A DNA stretch of 50,475 nt from positions 1-50,475 of the IMG/VR virus record IMGVR_UViG_3300049791_000009; one strand, given 5' to 3'. Within the stretch, counting starts at the first letter, position 1, and each line of letters starts with the position of its first letter. This stretch comes from a virus (taxonomy: Duplodnaviria > Caudoviricetes). The notes under the pieces were generated by a model that did no database searches, had not been told where the DNA came from, and saw nothing but the letters and a program-made list of their open reading frames with translations. The position numbers and the translations under genes were made by a program. Positions 9,517 through 19,700 of the stretch are shown here, in pieces.

Positions 9517-10266
9517 GTGACAGACCAGTCAGTGTTTAGTGAACAAGATCAGGCTACCAAGCCACCAGTAGTGCAACAACAAGCCGCCCCTAATGCGTAT
9601 GAGGACCTCCTCAAGGGTATTAAGAATGAGCATGGCTTGCCTAAGTACGCTACTCTTGATGATGCGTTGAATGCGCTCAAGCACTCGCAGGAATATATTC
9701 CACAAGTCAAGTCTCAGCTCTCCGAGAAGGATGCTGAGCTTGCTCAGTTGCGAGCACAGCTAGCTCAATCAGCTCAACTAGAAGAAGTAGTGTCACGACT
9801 CACTAAGCCGACTCAATCTAACACCATGGATGACCATCCAAGCGGTAGTGGACTTGATGAGAGTGCAGTGATGAAACTTGTGCAACAACAGTTGGCCAAT
9901 AACCAAGCGCAACAGAACGCTTACCAAAACCAACAACAAGTTGAAACCGCCCTTAAAGCTAAGTATGGCGACAAGACAGTGGACGTTATCAAACAACGTG
10001 CTGCTGAGCTTGGCCTTACTCCTCAAGCTTTGGGTGAACTGTCAAGCAAGAGCCCTCAAGCGGTTCTAGCTCTTTTCAATACCCAAGGACCTTCAGGCCC
10101 TAAACCCACTACTTCTAGCATAAACACTTCCAGCTTCCGTAATGATGTTCCTCCCCTCGAACGGCCTACTAAGTCTCTACTCACAGGCGCCAGTTCACGG
10201 GACCAGACAGCATATCTGTTGAAGATCCGAGAAGAAGTTTATCGCAAGAATGGTATAGATCAATAA
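9517..10266 (+). CDS. Capsid scaffolding protein
   Basis: GTG start; Q/A-rich coiled coil; directly upstream of the major capsid gene. Confidence 0.8.
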   Translation: MTDQSVFSEQDQATKPPVVQQQAAPNAYEDLLKGIKNEHGLPKYATLDDALNALKHSQEYIPQVKSQLSEKDAELAQLRAQLAQSAQLEEVVSRLTKPTQSNTMDDHPSGSGLDESAVMKLVQQQLANNQAQQNAYQNQQQVETALKAKYGDKTVDVIKQRAAELGLTPQALGELSSKSPQAVLALFNTQGPSGPKPTTSSINTSSFRNDVPPLERPTKSLLTGASSRDQTAYLLKIREEVYRKNGIDQ

Positions 10267-10277
10267 AAGGATAAGAA

Positions 10278-11234
10278 ATGCAACTTACCGATAACACTCG
10301 GGCCTTCATTGAGTCGGAAGAGTATTCTCAGTTTATTCTGATGAACCTGCACGATGGCCTGTTACCAGAAACCTTCTGGCGTAACGTCTCTGACTTCGGC
10401 TCTGGCACCACTCTCCATATTAAAACTATTGGTAGCGTGACCCTGCAAGAAGCTGAAGAAGATGCCCCACTGATCTATAACCCAATTGAATCGGGTGAGA
10501 TCGTGTTCCGCATCAAAGAGTACAAAGGCGATGCTTGGTATGTAACTGATGACCTTCGTGAAGATGGTGCTCAGATTGACCAACTCATGGCAGCTCGTTC
10601 GGCTGAATCTACCCGCGCTATCCAAGAGACATTTGAAACTGACTTCTTGGCAACTGCTGGCGACTACTTTGCAGCTAACCAGAATGCTAACTTGGTCAAC
10701 GGCTTCCCGCACCTGATCTCTTCTGCGGCTACCAACAATGTCATGCAACTGAAGCACTTCCTCCGTATGCGTCTTGCTTTTGATAAAGCTAACGTACCTG
10801 CTGAAGGCCGTGTAGCAATTGTTGACCCAGTTGTTGAAACCACTCTTGCTGGTTATGTAACTCTGACTTCCAATATCACTCCATACGCTTCTGCGATTAT
10901 TGAGAGTGGTCTTGCCCGTGGTCAGCGCTTCATTCACCAGATGTATGGTTGGGATATCATCACCTCGAACCGCCTGCCAATTCGTACTATCAACGATGGC
11001 ACCACTACTGTAACCAACGGTGTTGTTAACCTGTTCATGTCCATCTTGGATGATCAGACTAAGCCTATCATGGGCGCATGGCGCCGTATGCCTAAGTCTG
11101 AAGGTGAGCGTAACAAGGATCGTGCTCGTGATGAGTTCGTTGTTCGTTGCCGCTATGGCTTCGGTATCCAACGTGTTGACTCCCTTGGTGCAGTGGTTAC
11201 TTCGGCATCCAACTTCACCCCTGACTTGACTTAA
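10278..11234 (+). CDS. Major capsid protein
   Basis: 318 aa; GTTLHIKTIG, VPAEGRVAIVDP, YGWDIITSNRLP, RYGFG motifs of T7/P22-type capsids; strong codon bias. Confidence 0.9.
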   Translation: MQLTDNTRAFIESEEYSQFILMNLHDGLLPETFWRNVSDFGSGTTLHIKTIGSVTLQEAEEDAPLIYNPIESGEIVFRIKEYKGDAWYVTDDLREDGAQIDQLMAARSAESTRAIQETFETDFLATAGDYFAANQNANLVNGFPHLISSAATNNVMQLKHFLRMRLAFDKANVPAEGRVAIVDPVVETTLAGYVTLTSNITPYASAIIESGLARGQRFIHQMYGWDIITSNRLPIRTINDGTTTVTNGVVNLFMSILDDQTKPIMGAWRRMPKSEGERNKDRARDEFVVRCRYGFGIQRVDSLGAVVTSASNFTPDLT

Positions 11235-11245
11235 GGAGAAACACA

Positions 11246-11890
11246 ATGGCTTTTGAAAACTCAGCCGGCCTTAACGTCACTAACCAATATGGTCCTCGGG
11301 TCACTGGTGGTGTACGTGGCGTAATTAAGACCGAAGGCTATCGCAATCAGTTTATGATTGACGGGAACTCGGTTGGCATTCAATACCTCTACCCTCGTGG
11401 TGATGGTATCTGGGTGTATGACATTGACAAGACCTTTGCAGTTGGTACTGTGACCTCCATCAAGATTGGTGGGGTTGAAGTTATCGGTGCAACAGAAGCA
11501 GCTCCAATCCGCCTGTTTAAAGAAAACACTGGCGAGATTGTGATTGTAGGTCTGACCAGCGGTAAAGTAAGTGTTGGGTATAAGAACGTTGCTGGCGACA
11601 AGGATCTTGTTGGCCCTGCGTTCCCACCATACAAAGATCAGGTTGTTACTTCGATCTCTGTTGCTCAAGCATCTGCTACCATTGCTGTTGCTGGCACCTT
11701 CCAGATCAGTGCTTCGGCTCTGCCTACCACTGCTCCACAAGCCTTCACCTACACCTCGGCTGATCCTACCAAGGCTACTGTGAACGCGACTGGTGTTGTA
11801 ACTGGTGTTGCTACTGGCTCCTCGGTCATCACTGTCCGTGCTGCAAGCGATTACACCAAGACCGCAACTGTTACCATTACTGTTTCCTAA
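11246..11890 (+). CDS. Capsid decoration/head protein with C-terminal Ig-like (Big_2) domain
   Basis: AAGGAG RBS; VTSISV...FTYTSADPTKATVNATGVVTGVATGSSVITV is a Big_2 pattern. Confidence 0.85.
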   Translation: MAFENSAGLNVTNQYGPRVTGGVRGVIKTEGYRNQFMIDGNSVGIQYLYPRGDGIWVYDIDKTFAVGTVTSIKIGGVEVIGATEAAPIRLFKENTGEIVIVGLTSGKVSVGYKNVAGDKDLVGPAFPPYKDQVVTSISVAQASATIAVAGTFQISASALPTTAPQAFTYTSADPTKATVNATGVVTGVATGSSVITVRAASDYTKTATVTITVS

Positions 11891-11987
11891 TAAGAACTGT
11901 GGTAGCCTGGGGATTCGCGAGCGTAAGCTTCCCCCTCAGGCTGGCCTTGATAACCCAGAAGCTACATCACGGTGGGCAAGGCCATTT

Positions 11988-12023
11988 AAGCCAGTCATTC
12001 AGCAATGGGTGGCTGGCTTTTTT
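11988..12023 (+). terminator. Intrinsic terminator after the capsid genes
   Basis: 14-bp stem AAGCCAGTCATTCA/TGGGTGGCTGGCTT (with GU pairs), GCAA loop, T-run. Confidence 0.85.
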
Positions 12024-12047
12024 ATTGTTTATAATTTGGAGTTGGAT

Positions 12048-12677
12048 ATGGTAGAGCACGTAACAATTGCTGATGCCGACAGGCATGAGGTGAAACACGC
12101 TTCAACAGGGGTGACCAAACAGGCGCTCCTATCTAATGGGGATGGCACGACTCAGTTCGCTTTTGTCTCCTACCCCGACTTGCTTAATAAACCAACCTTC
12201 GTTGGGTATAGGCAAGTGTTGACGGGCTTCTCAATTGCCGCCTCACAAGCCCCATCGGCTTTAGACACAGCCCTCCAAGTAGAGTTTGGTGGTGGTGTAG
12301 CGACAACTGATGCCACACTGGGGGGTACTGGGACATTAACTTTTAACGTCGCGGGGGATTATGCCGTCAATATGATCTTCCGTTTTGGGCGTACAAGTGG
12401 TGCTGGGACTGCGGTATTGCTAAGCAGGTTCCTGATTAATGATGTACAAGGGCTAAACTCTAACGCCCTTAAACTGCCGGATCAAGACGCGATTGTCCCC
12501 TTCTCGACCACCCTTCTTATACAGGCTACGGCTGGGATGACCCTTAAGTTCCAGATGCTGCGGGACTCTTCTGGCATTAACAATGGCGGGATGTATAGAG
12601 TTCTCCCAGTTGCTGCTGGCTGGAACTTGGCGCCTACGGCCACCATCATTGTTAGCAAGTTTGTAGGAGCTGCATAA
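12048..12677 (+). CDS. Virion structural protein (head/tail fibre-like)
   Basis: Start reassigned to ATG 12048 (GGAG RBS, downstream of the terminator); beta-rich C-terminal domain. Confidence 0.7.
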   Translation: MVEHVTIADADRHEVKHASTGVTKQALLSNGDGTTQFAFVSYPDLLNKPTFVGYRQVLTGFSIAASQAPSALDTALQVEFGGGVATTDATLGGTGTLTFNVAGDYAVNMIFRFGRTSGAGTAVLLSRFLINDVQGLNSNALKLPDQDAIVPFSTTLLIQATAGMTLKFQMLRDSSGINNGGMYRVLPVAAGWNLAPTATIIVSKFVGAA

Positions 12678-13474
12678 TGGCCGCTAAGATGTCGCTGCTT
12701 GAGATGGTCCAGGACATCCTGTCCGACATGGACGGGGATGAATGTAATAGTGTCGATGATACGGTAGAGTCCGGTCAGGTAGCTAGCATCATCAAAGCCA
12801 CCTACCAAGCTATGATGAGCAACCGTAACTGGCCTCACCAGAAGCGCCTCCTCACCCTCACCCCTTCGGGCGATGACACTCTCCCTACGCACGTAACAAT
12901 GCAGGAAGAGATTAAGGAGATGGTTGGGGTTAAGTACAACTGTGCTAAGCAAGGTGACACTAAGCGTAAGTACCAAACCATCCACTGGGTGGAGCCTGAT
13001 GACTTCTTGCGTATTAGTAACGCTCGTAATAGCGATGATCCTAACATTGACATCATCATTAGTGATTACAATGTTGAGCTCCTAATCCGCACAGACCAGC
13101 CCCCACGTTACTACACCAGCTTCAATGATAACGTACTGATCTTTGACGCTTACGACAAAGCGGTGGATGACACCATCCAAGCCTCTAAGCTACAAGCTAC
13201 GGCCTATGTCATGCTCCCTTGGGTGCACATGGATGATGCCATCCCTGACCTCCCAGCAGAGGCTTTCACGGCCCTCCTAGAGGAAGCTAAGAGTCGTTGC
13301 TTCGTTAAGCTTAAGCAGCAGACAGACCCTACCGCTGCTGCTGAAGCTAGGCGTCAACAGGCATGGCTCTCCCGCAAAGCATGGCGCGCTGCTGGCGGAG
13401 TTAAATACCCCTCTTATGGGCGTGGGAAAGTTAAAGACTCCCGAGACCCAACCTTTAGGAAAGATGACCGATGA
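12677..13474 (+). CDS. Tail tubular protein A / head-tail adaptor
   Basis: MSLLEMVQDILSDM N-terminus and position typical of T7 gp11-like adaptors. Confidence 0.75.
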   Translation: MAAKMSLLEMVQDILSDMDGDECNSVDDTVESGQVASIIKATYQAMMSNRNWPHQKRLLTLTPSGDDTLPTHVTMQEEIKEMVGVKYNCAKQGDTKRKYQTIHWVEPDDFLRISNARNSDDPNIDIIISDYNVELLIRTDQPPRYYTSFNDNVLIFDAYDKAVDDTIQASKLQATAYVMLPWVHMDDAIPDLPAEAFTALLEEAKSRCFVKLKQQTDPTAAAEARRQQAWLSRKAWRAAGGVKYPSYGRGKVKDSRDPTFRKDDR

Positions 13475-13662
13475 GTGAGTCAGAGTATAACGGATATAAG
13501 ATTGTAGGTGATGGCACCTACGGCTATAAGGAAATTAAGCCTGCTGGTCGTGGCTCCATCCACCTGTCATTACGTGGCAAGTTCACTACGGAGAAAGTGG
13601 CTCGTCAAGCTATCGACCAACACTTATCCTCCAAGGTGAGCAAAGATGACAAGGCAGATTAA
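13471..13662 (+). CDS. Hypothetical protein in the tail module
   Basis: 63 aa, overlaps both neighbours; LRGKFTT...A..AID motif. Confidence 0.7.
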   Translation: MSESEYNGYKIVGDGTYGYKEIKPAGRGSIHLSLRGKFTTEKVARQAIDQHLSSKVSKDDKAD

Positions 13663-15964
13663 TTCAGTTGAGGTAAGTACTTTTGTAGCTGGTCTTATCA
13701 CTGAGGCCAGCCCCCTCACCTTTCCAGCTAATGCCTCCCTTGACGAAGACAACTTTGTCCTCAACAGAGACGGCTCTAGACAACGTAGATTGGGGATGGA
13801 CTTGGAGGAGGGAGCCATTGTAATTGGCACAGGTATCTCCCCTCCTGCTGATGGTAATGTGGCTACTAGCTCTGTTCGCTGGAACAATGCTGGTGGCAAT
13901 CCAGACAAAGACCTCATTGTTCTTCAGATTGGTAATGAACTAAGGTTTTTTGACTCAGACGCAGTCCCTACTTCTGCGGGCTATTTGCACCTCAGAATCT
14001 TTGGCAGCATAGGGCTTACACAACAATTTTCTTATGCCATAGTTGACGGGACTCTTATTGTAGCTACTGGGCAGAAAGAAGTTAGCGTGTTTAAGTACGC
14101 TACTGGTGTTGTCTCAAGTACTGACTCTGTTTTATATATCCGTGACCAGTTCGGCTTAGCCGATGTTGTTGCTGGTGTTAATCTACGGCAAGGTAATGGG
14201 GTTACTATCCGCCCCACAGTAAAGACTGATGCTCATATTTACAATCTCCGCAATCAGACCTTTGCTCAGCCACGTAAGATATTCGGGCCGGAGACTGTCA
14301 AAGACACCATCCAGGAGTTCTTTGACAAAGCCTCTAGTAAGTATCCATCTAACTCAGACACAGTGACTTATGCCCTGTACGCTGATACCAATGATAGTGA
14401 TGACAGGAACTCAGAGCGGTTTAATGCGAAGGATGTAGTGACTAGCCCTGTAGGGACATTCCCTGCACCTAAGGGCTATTTCATCATTGATGCTATGGCT
14501 CGTGGGACAAGTCGGCTAACTGAGTACAACAAGTTGATGGCTCAGTATCCTGAGCTAACTATTGCTATTAGTTCACTGCCCTTGGATACCACTCCTGGTG
14601 GCCCAACTGTTGTTAGTGAGTATGCAGGCAGGGTATTCTACTCTGGCTTCTCTGGAGAGCTTGTGGGGCCTGATGACAACTCCCCCCGTATGTCCTCCTA
14701 TGTTCTGTTCTCTCAGCTCGTAGAAGACCCTACAGACATTACTACGTGTTACCAAGATGGTGACCCCACCTCTAAGGAAACTCCAGACCTACTGGACACT
14801 GATGGCGGATTCATCCGCATTGAAGGGGCGTACAACATCCTCCGCCTAATTAACGTGGGTAATGCTCTTGCAGTGTTAGCGGCTAACGGGGTGTGGCTCA
14901 TTCAGGGCGGGAGTGACTTTGGGTTTAAAGCTACCAATTACATAACCACTAAAGTAACTAACCACGGTTGTGATAGTCCTGGCTCAGTTGTGGTTGTAGA
15001 TAACACTTTCATGTATTGGTCTGATGATGGCATCTATAACGTAGCCCCTAACCAGTTCGCAGAGTACATTGCTGAGAACGTCTCTAAGAAGACTGTTCAG
15101 AAGTTCTATGACAACATCGACGGACTAGATAGGCGAGCCTGTAAGGGCGTCTATGATACTTATGAGAAGAAGATTAGGTGGTTGTATGGCGGCCGTATCA
15201 GCAGCACTGCCAAGGCTCGTGAGCTAATCCTAGACACAACCCTTGGGGCATTCTACCCGTCTACCATAGGTCAGATAAGTGGGGGTAGTAGATTACCCCT
15301 CCCACTAACTGGAGTTATTGTCCCGCCATTCAGGACGCTAGAGATAGATGCCCCTGTGACTGTAAGTACAGTGATGGCAACTGTTGGCGGAAGGCCAGTT
15401 ACAGTGACAGAGAATGTCACCCAAGCTGTGACTAAGGAAGTTATATATGCCGTTTTGACTAGCACTAGTCCTACCCTCGCCTTCACCTTCGGGGCTTATA
15501 GGGATCAGTTCCATAGCGACTGGAGGAGTGTTAACGGTGTAGGCGTAGACGCAGAATCTTTCCTACTGACAGGCTATCAGTCAGCAGGGGATTATCAGCG
15601 ATCTAAACAAGTCCCTTATCTTACCACTCACTTTAGCAAGACTGAGAATGGATTCTTCGCTGATGTTAACGGAGACCTCTCCCCTTTGAATCCGTCCTCT
15701 TGCTTAGTACAAGCTCAGTGGGATTGGGCTAATAACGCTAACTCAGGTAAGTGGAGTAGGGAGTTCCAGACCTATAAGTTCAGACGCCACTACATTCCTC
15801 AGTCAGATGCTGACTTGTTCGATAATGGATATGCGACAGTACAGTCTAGGAATAAGCTAAGAGGACAAGGCAAGGTGTTGTCTCTCCTGTTCAAATCAGA
15901 GCCAGAGAAACACCTGCATCTATTGGGCTGGTCAATGATTATGGGGGTCAATAGTAATGTCTAA
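13646..15964 (+). CDS. Tail tubular protein B / nozzle
   Basis: 772 aa, beta-propeller-like; N-terminal FVAGL...NFVLNRDGSRQRRLG and YAGRVFYSG motifs. Confidence 0.8.
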   Translation: MTRQINSVEVSTFVAGLITEASPLTFPANASLDEDNFVLNRDGSRQRRLGMDLEEGAIVIGTGISPPADGNVATSSVRWNNAGGNPDKDLIVLQIGNELRFFDSDAVPTSAGYLHLRIFGSIGLTQQFSYAIVDGTLIVATGQKEVSVFKYATGVVSSTDSVLYIRDQFGLADVVAGVNLRQGNGVTIRPTVKTDAHIYNLRNQTFAQPRKIFGPETVKDTIQEFFDKASSKYPSNSDTVTYALYADTNDSDDRNSERFNAKDVVTSPVGTFPAPKGYFIIDAMARGTSRLTEYNKLMAQYPELTIAISSLPLDTTPGGPTVVSEYAGRVFYSGFSGELVGPDDNSPRMSSYVLFSQLVEDPTDITTCYQDGDPTSKETPDLLDTDGGFIRIEGAYNILRLINVGNALAVLAANGVWLIQGGSDFGFKATNYITTKVTNHGCDSPGSVVVVDNTFMYWSDDGIYNVAPNQFAEYIAENVSKKTVQKFYDNIDGLDRRACKGVYDTYEKKIRWLYGGRISSTAKARELILDTTLGAFYPSTIGQISGGSRLPLPLTGVIVPPFRTLEIDAPVTVSTVMATVGGRPVTVTENVTQAVTKEVIYAVLTSTSPTLAFTFGAYRDQFHSDWRSVNGVGVDAESFLLTGYQSAGDYQRSKQVPYLTTHFSKTENGFFADVNGDLSPLNPSSCLVQAQWDWANNANSGKWSREFQTYKFRRHYIPQSDADLFDNGYATVQSRNKLRGQGKVLSLLFKSEPEKHLHLLGWSMIMGVNSNV

Positions 15965-16265
15965 TTACATCACCGCATATGAAGATGATTGCTACGGGGT
16001 TAAGATCACCCTAGAGCAGGGCCTCCCATTCTTTCACGTAGATGTTAAGAGGGAGCTTGTCAAAGAAGACGTGTACAATGGCAAGGAGATCTTTAGGGAG
16101 GTTAAAAACTCCCTAGCCTCTCTCGGTTATGAGCGTCTGTATGCGTATACACCAAAGATTAAGTTTGCCAAGCTCATAGGGCCTGGCTTTGTACACATAG
16201 AGAATATACCTACTGATGGAGAGGAGTTCGACTTAATTGTCTGGGAACTCTCCAAGGAGAATTAA
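15957..16265 (+). CDS. Small protein at the T7 gp13-like position (possible degenerate GNAT fold)
   Basis: 102 aa between nozzle and ejection genes; KFAKLIGPGF motif. Confidence 0.5.
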   Translation: MSNYITAYEDDCYGVKITLEQGLPFFHVDVKRELVKEDVYNGKEIFREVKNSLASLGYERLYAYTPKIKFAKLIGPGFVHIENIPTDGEEFDLIVWELSKEN

Positions 16266-16775
16266 ATGGGAGTTGAAATAGCCATTGCAGTGGTCTCCTT
16301 GGCCGTCACTGCTGCTGCTGCATATGAACAAAGTCAAGCTGCATCGTCAGCAGCTAAAGATAGGAAGAAGGCAGCACAGATTTCACAGGCTGAGCAAGCC
16401 GCCCAAGCTCAACAGAGTCGTAGATCTCAGGTGAGAGAAGAGCGGGTTCGTAGGGCCACTATTCTCCAGAGCTCTCAGAATACAGGTGTTAGCCAAAGCT
16501 CTGGGGAGCTTGGTGCCTCTAGTGCACTGGGCTCTCTTATTAGCGGTAACCTAGCTGGTGCTGCAAGACAGCAGAATAGCTCAACCGGTATTGGTGCAGC
16601 TAACCAGTCAGCAGCTAACGCGGATATACAAGGGGCTCAGTGGGGCGCTATTGGCAACTTTGCTGGTAGTGTATTTGGCATGGCTGCTAGTGCTGCCACT
16701 AAGAGTGGCGGGACAACTCAAGTGCAGCCAACTACTGCTGCTCCTCAGAGCTCAGTGCAGGCGTCTCGCTATTAA
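16266..16775 (+). CDS. Internal virion (ejection) protein, gp14-like
   Basis: Hydrophobic N-terminus, Ala/Gln/Ser/Gly-rich, AAGGAG RBS. Confidence 0.75.
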   Translation: MGVEIAIAVVSLAVTAAAAYEQSQAASSAAKDRKKAAQISQAEQAAQAQQSRRSQVREERVRRATILQSSQNTGVSQSSGELGASSALGSLISGNLAGAARQQNSSTGIGAANQSAANADIQGAQWGAIGNFAGSVFGMAASAATKSGGTTQVQPTTAAPQSSVQASRY

Positions 16776-16796
16776 TATAACAGCTTAAGGAAGTGT

Positions 16797-19700
16797 ATGG
16801 CTAGTCTAGAAGATTTTAATAGTACATTTACACCGGGGTTAGATGACTTCGTAAGTGAGAAGAGCTCAGTAGCTCCAGTAGTAAGTGGCTCGTCTACTCT
16901 TAACTTGGCTACACACGCTGCTGCCCTGTCTGCTGACCCTACAACTGCTGTAGATAAGTATAGAGAAGTAAGCTCACAACTTACCATGGAAGGTAAGTCT
17001 GAGGCCTCTGACCAACTCCTTGATTACGCTCGACAAGAGCAGTTCAAGAAAGGCCGAGCTTCCCTTATAGATGTGATGGTTGATCCCTCTATCTCTGATG
17101 ATGTGAAGAAGCAAGCTGCTGCTGATGTCTATGACCAAACCAGCGCTATGTATAACACTCGTAACATCCTCTCTCAGCAAGCTCTCGAAGCTGATGCTGG
17201 TAAAGAGTCTGTAGAGCAGGAAGTGGTACGCGTCTCTCTCGCTGACTCTCTGCACGCTATCAACGATTATAAGTTGAGGCAACAGATGATCCTGAATCGT
17301 GAGGTGGCCAAGGCTAGTCCTGATGCTACTAAAGCGTTCTCTGACATCTTTGATATGTTCGTGCCATTCGTAGAGCAGAAGTATGCTGGCACTATTGCGG
17401 CTGATCTCAAAGAGAACAAAGCTGGTGCCTACGGTCAAGCTCTTGTAGCTTTGGGTAACTCCAAGATGAGCCAGAGAGAGATGTTGGTTGGCTTGCCTAT
17501 CGAAAAGCGTGTTGAGATGACTGATCAAGTCTTGGCTGCCGTGAGTGCTAACAGTGCTATTGTCTCACCAGACTCTAATGAGTTCGCCAGAATTCAATAC
17601 TTGCAAAACGTCTTGGTAGATGGGGCCTACGATGAAGTGGACAAGTGGGTTGACAACGTTGTTGGGGTACTAGATCTCACCCTCCTTGGGGGCATTGCTG
17701 GGCGTGGCCTTAAGGCTGCCACTAAGGGTGTTCGTGCTGCTGAGCTCTCTGAGTCTGCCATTCGTGATACAGTACGTCAGTCTGCTCGTTCTCAAGTCCA
17801 GCCAACCACAGTAAGCCAGAACTACAAGGATACTAATCCATCCAAGGCAGCAGGTGCTCATGAGATGGCTGCTGCTGACGAGTCTGGAGAGGCTTCTGAG
17901 GCCCTATATGGCACTAGCCGTGGGGATGCTATTGGCAATGACCTAGCACCCGAGCTAGGGGGTGTAGAGGGGGCTGTACGCAACAAGGTGGGTAACCCTG
18001 AGCGCATCCATGACCAAGAGATTACTCCTAGTGCTGACGTCATTGATTTCGTGGAGAATCGCGGTGATATCTTCTATGATAAGTCTGAGAAGATTGCCAC
18101 TCGTTCTGCTGTAGTCAATGACTTCTATTCAGCTCATGGTCTTGTAGCACGCAAAGAGATGTTCAACATTGATGCCCTTGATGACGGCGTAGGTATCAAA
18201 GCTATTTATGGCCCCCCACAAGGTGGCTTCCAGACTGGCAAAGATGCCATGGACATGGCTGAGTGGGCCCTCCGTGAATATGGCATTCCGCCTGAAGCTA
18301 TCACCCTATTGCGTCGTGAAGGACCCAACTACATCCCTGTGACAAAAGAGGAGATTGACTACCTTACTCAACCTCAAGTGGTATCCAGCCGCCGTGTTGA
18401 GCTTCGGGGCCAAGAGCCATCTACAGTTACAACTACTAAGCCAGCGGCACAAGTCCCCCCTGATAACGGGGTTCTGCCCAGCGCAAAATTCCCTGAATTT
18501 AATGACAATACCTTGGGGGACCGGCTTAAGGAAGCTGCTAAGTTCCCCGGCAGGCCATACACCCTTAAAGATGGCACAAAAGTAGAAGCCAAAATTATGG
18601 ATGTCGAAGGGGATGGCGAGCAATTTGTAATCCAGTTAACTTCCAATGGGAAGGGTGTTGGGTCAATCTTCGCCGCCAAGTCTCCTGGGGAGAGCCCTGC
18701 CATCTCGGTAGAGGCTGCATTCCGGAGGAAGGGGGCTGGTACTTTACTTTATGACCTTGCTACTGAAAACGGGTTGCAGATTGGCCCTAAGAAAAATAAA
18801 CAGGCCGCCAGAACTAAATACGGTGCTGCCATCCGCGCGGTGTATGAGCCTGGGCAATCTAAGGCATACCGAGCTACGCGGCAGCAGGCTGATGAAGTAA
18901 TCACCCAGACGGATATCGGCTCTAAGGTGGTAGTCCGTAAGAAGGTTGATTACTTAATCCAAGTGGATCACAAATACCAGTTCTCTCCTGCCGACGTAAC
19001 TGAATGGGCTAAGTTCGACGTTAACTATAACATCTTTGACCGCATCTTTGCCAGTTACAATGGGCCTTCACTTTCTTCCGCTGGTTTTGGTAGCTTACAA
19101 CGTCATGCACTTGACGCGGCATCTATGTTCCGTCCCGAGATTAGCAAGGGCGCATCTAATGCTGTAGACCGGGGCAATAACTTAGAGAAGAAACTTATTG
19201 AACTCGGGGATGACTTCTCTAAGACAATGGAGAGGCTCCCGGCTGATCGACAGAAAGCACTAGATGTAGTTATCAGGGAGGCCAACGAACAGGGGCTAGA
19301 CTTTAACTACTCTAAGATGGTTGCTGACGGATTCCGGCCCACAGAGATTGAAGCACTTAAGTCTTGGCGTAACTTTTGGGACACTATATGGCACTTAGAA
19401 AATAGGGATTATGCTAAATCTCTTCGCAACGATAAATACAAAGAGTTTATCGACGCGGAGCATGATGCTAAGTTTTTCGCCCGGCCAGTAGCCCGCAACC
19501 AAGCGGGCACTTCAGCTAAGGTATATGACCACACCACTGGTGAGATCAAGCACTTAAATAAGGACGAGATTGCGGAGCTATACGCGAGGGAAGGCGAGCT
19601 TGCTGAACTTAAGCGCCCAATTAGGGTTGGTGACGATATAGCAGAGCTCATTGTCAATATTAACAAGCCAGGTGGTGCCTATATGCGTAGCATCACTGAT

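Noticed and set aside
10362-11246. 294-aa antisense ORF opposite the capsid gene (also 21207-21962, 11261-11740 and similar)
   Set aside because: Shadow ORFs expected from the codon bias of the sense genes; no RBS or recognisable motifs
11220-11250. Programmed frameshift or read-through fusing capsid to the Ig-domain protein
   Set aside because: The downstream gene has its own AAGGAG RBS and ATG, and no slippery sequence is evident
11805-12047. N-terminal extension of the 290-aa ORF in the track
   Set aside because: It runs through a terminator and overlaps the previous gene; a good RBS supports ATG 12048
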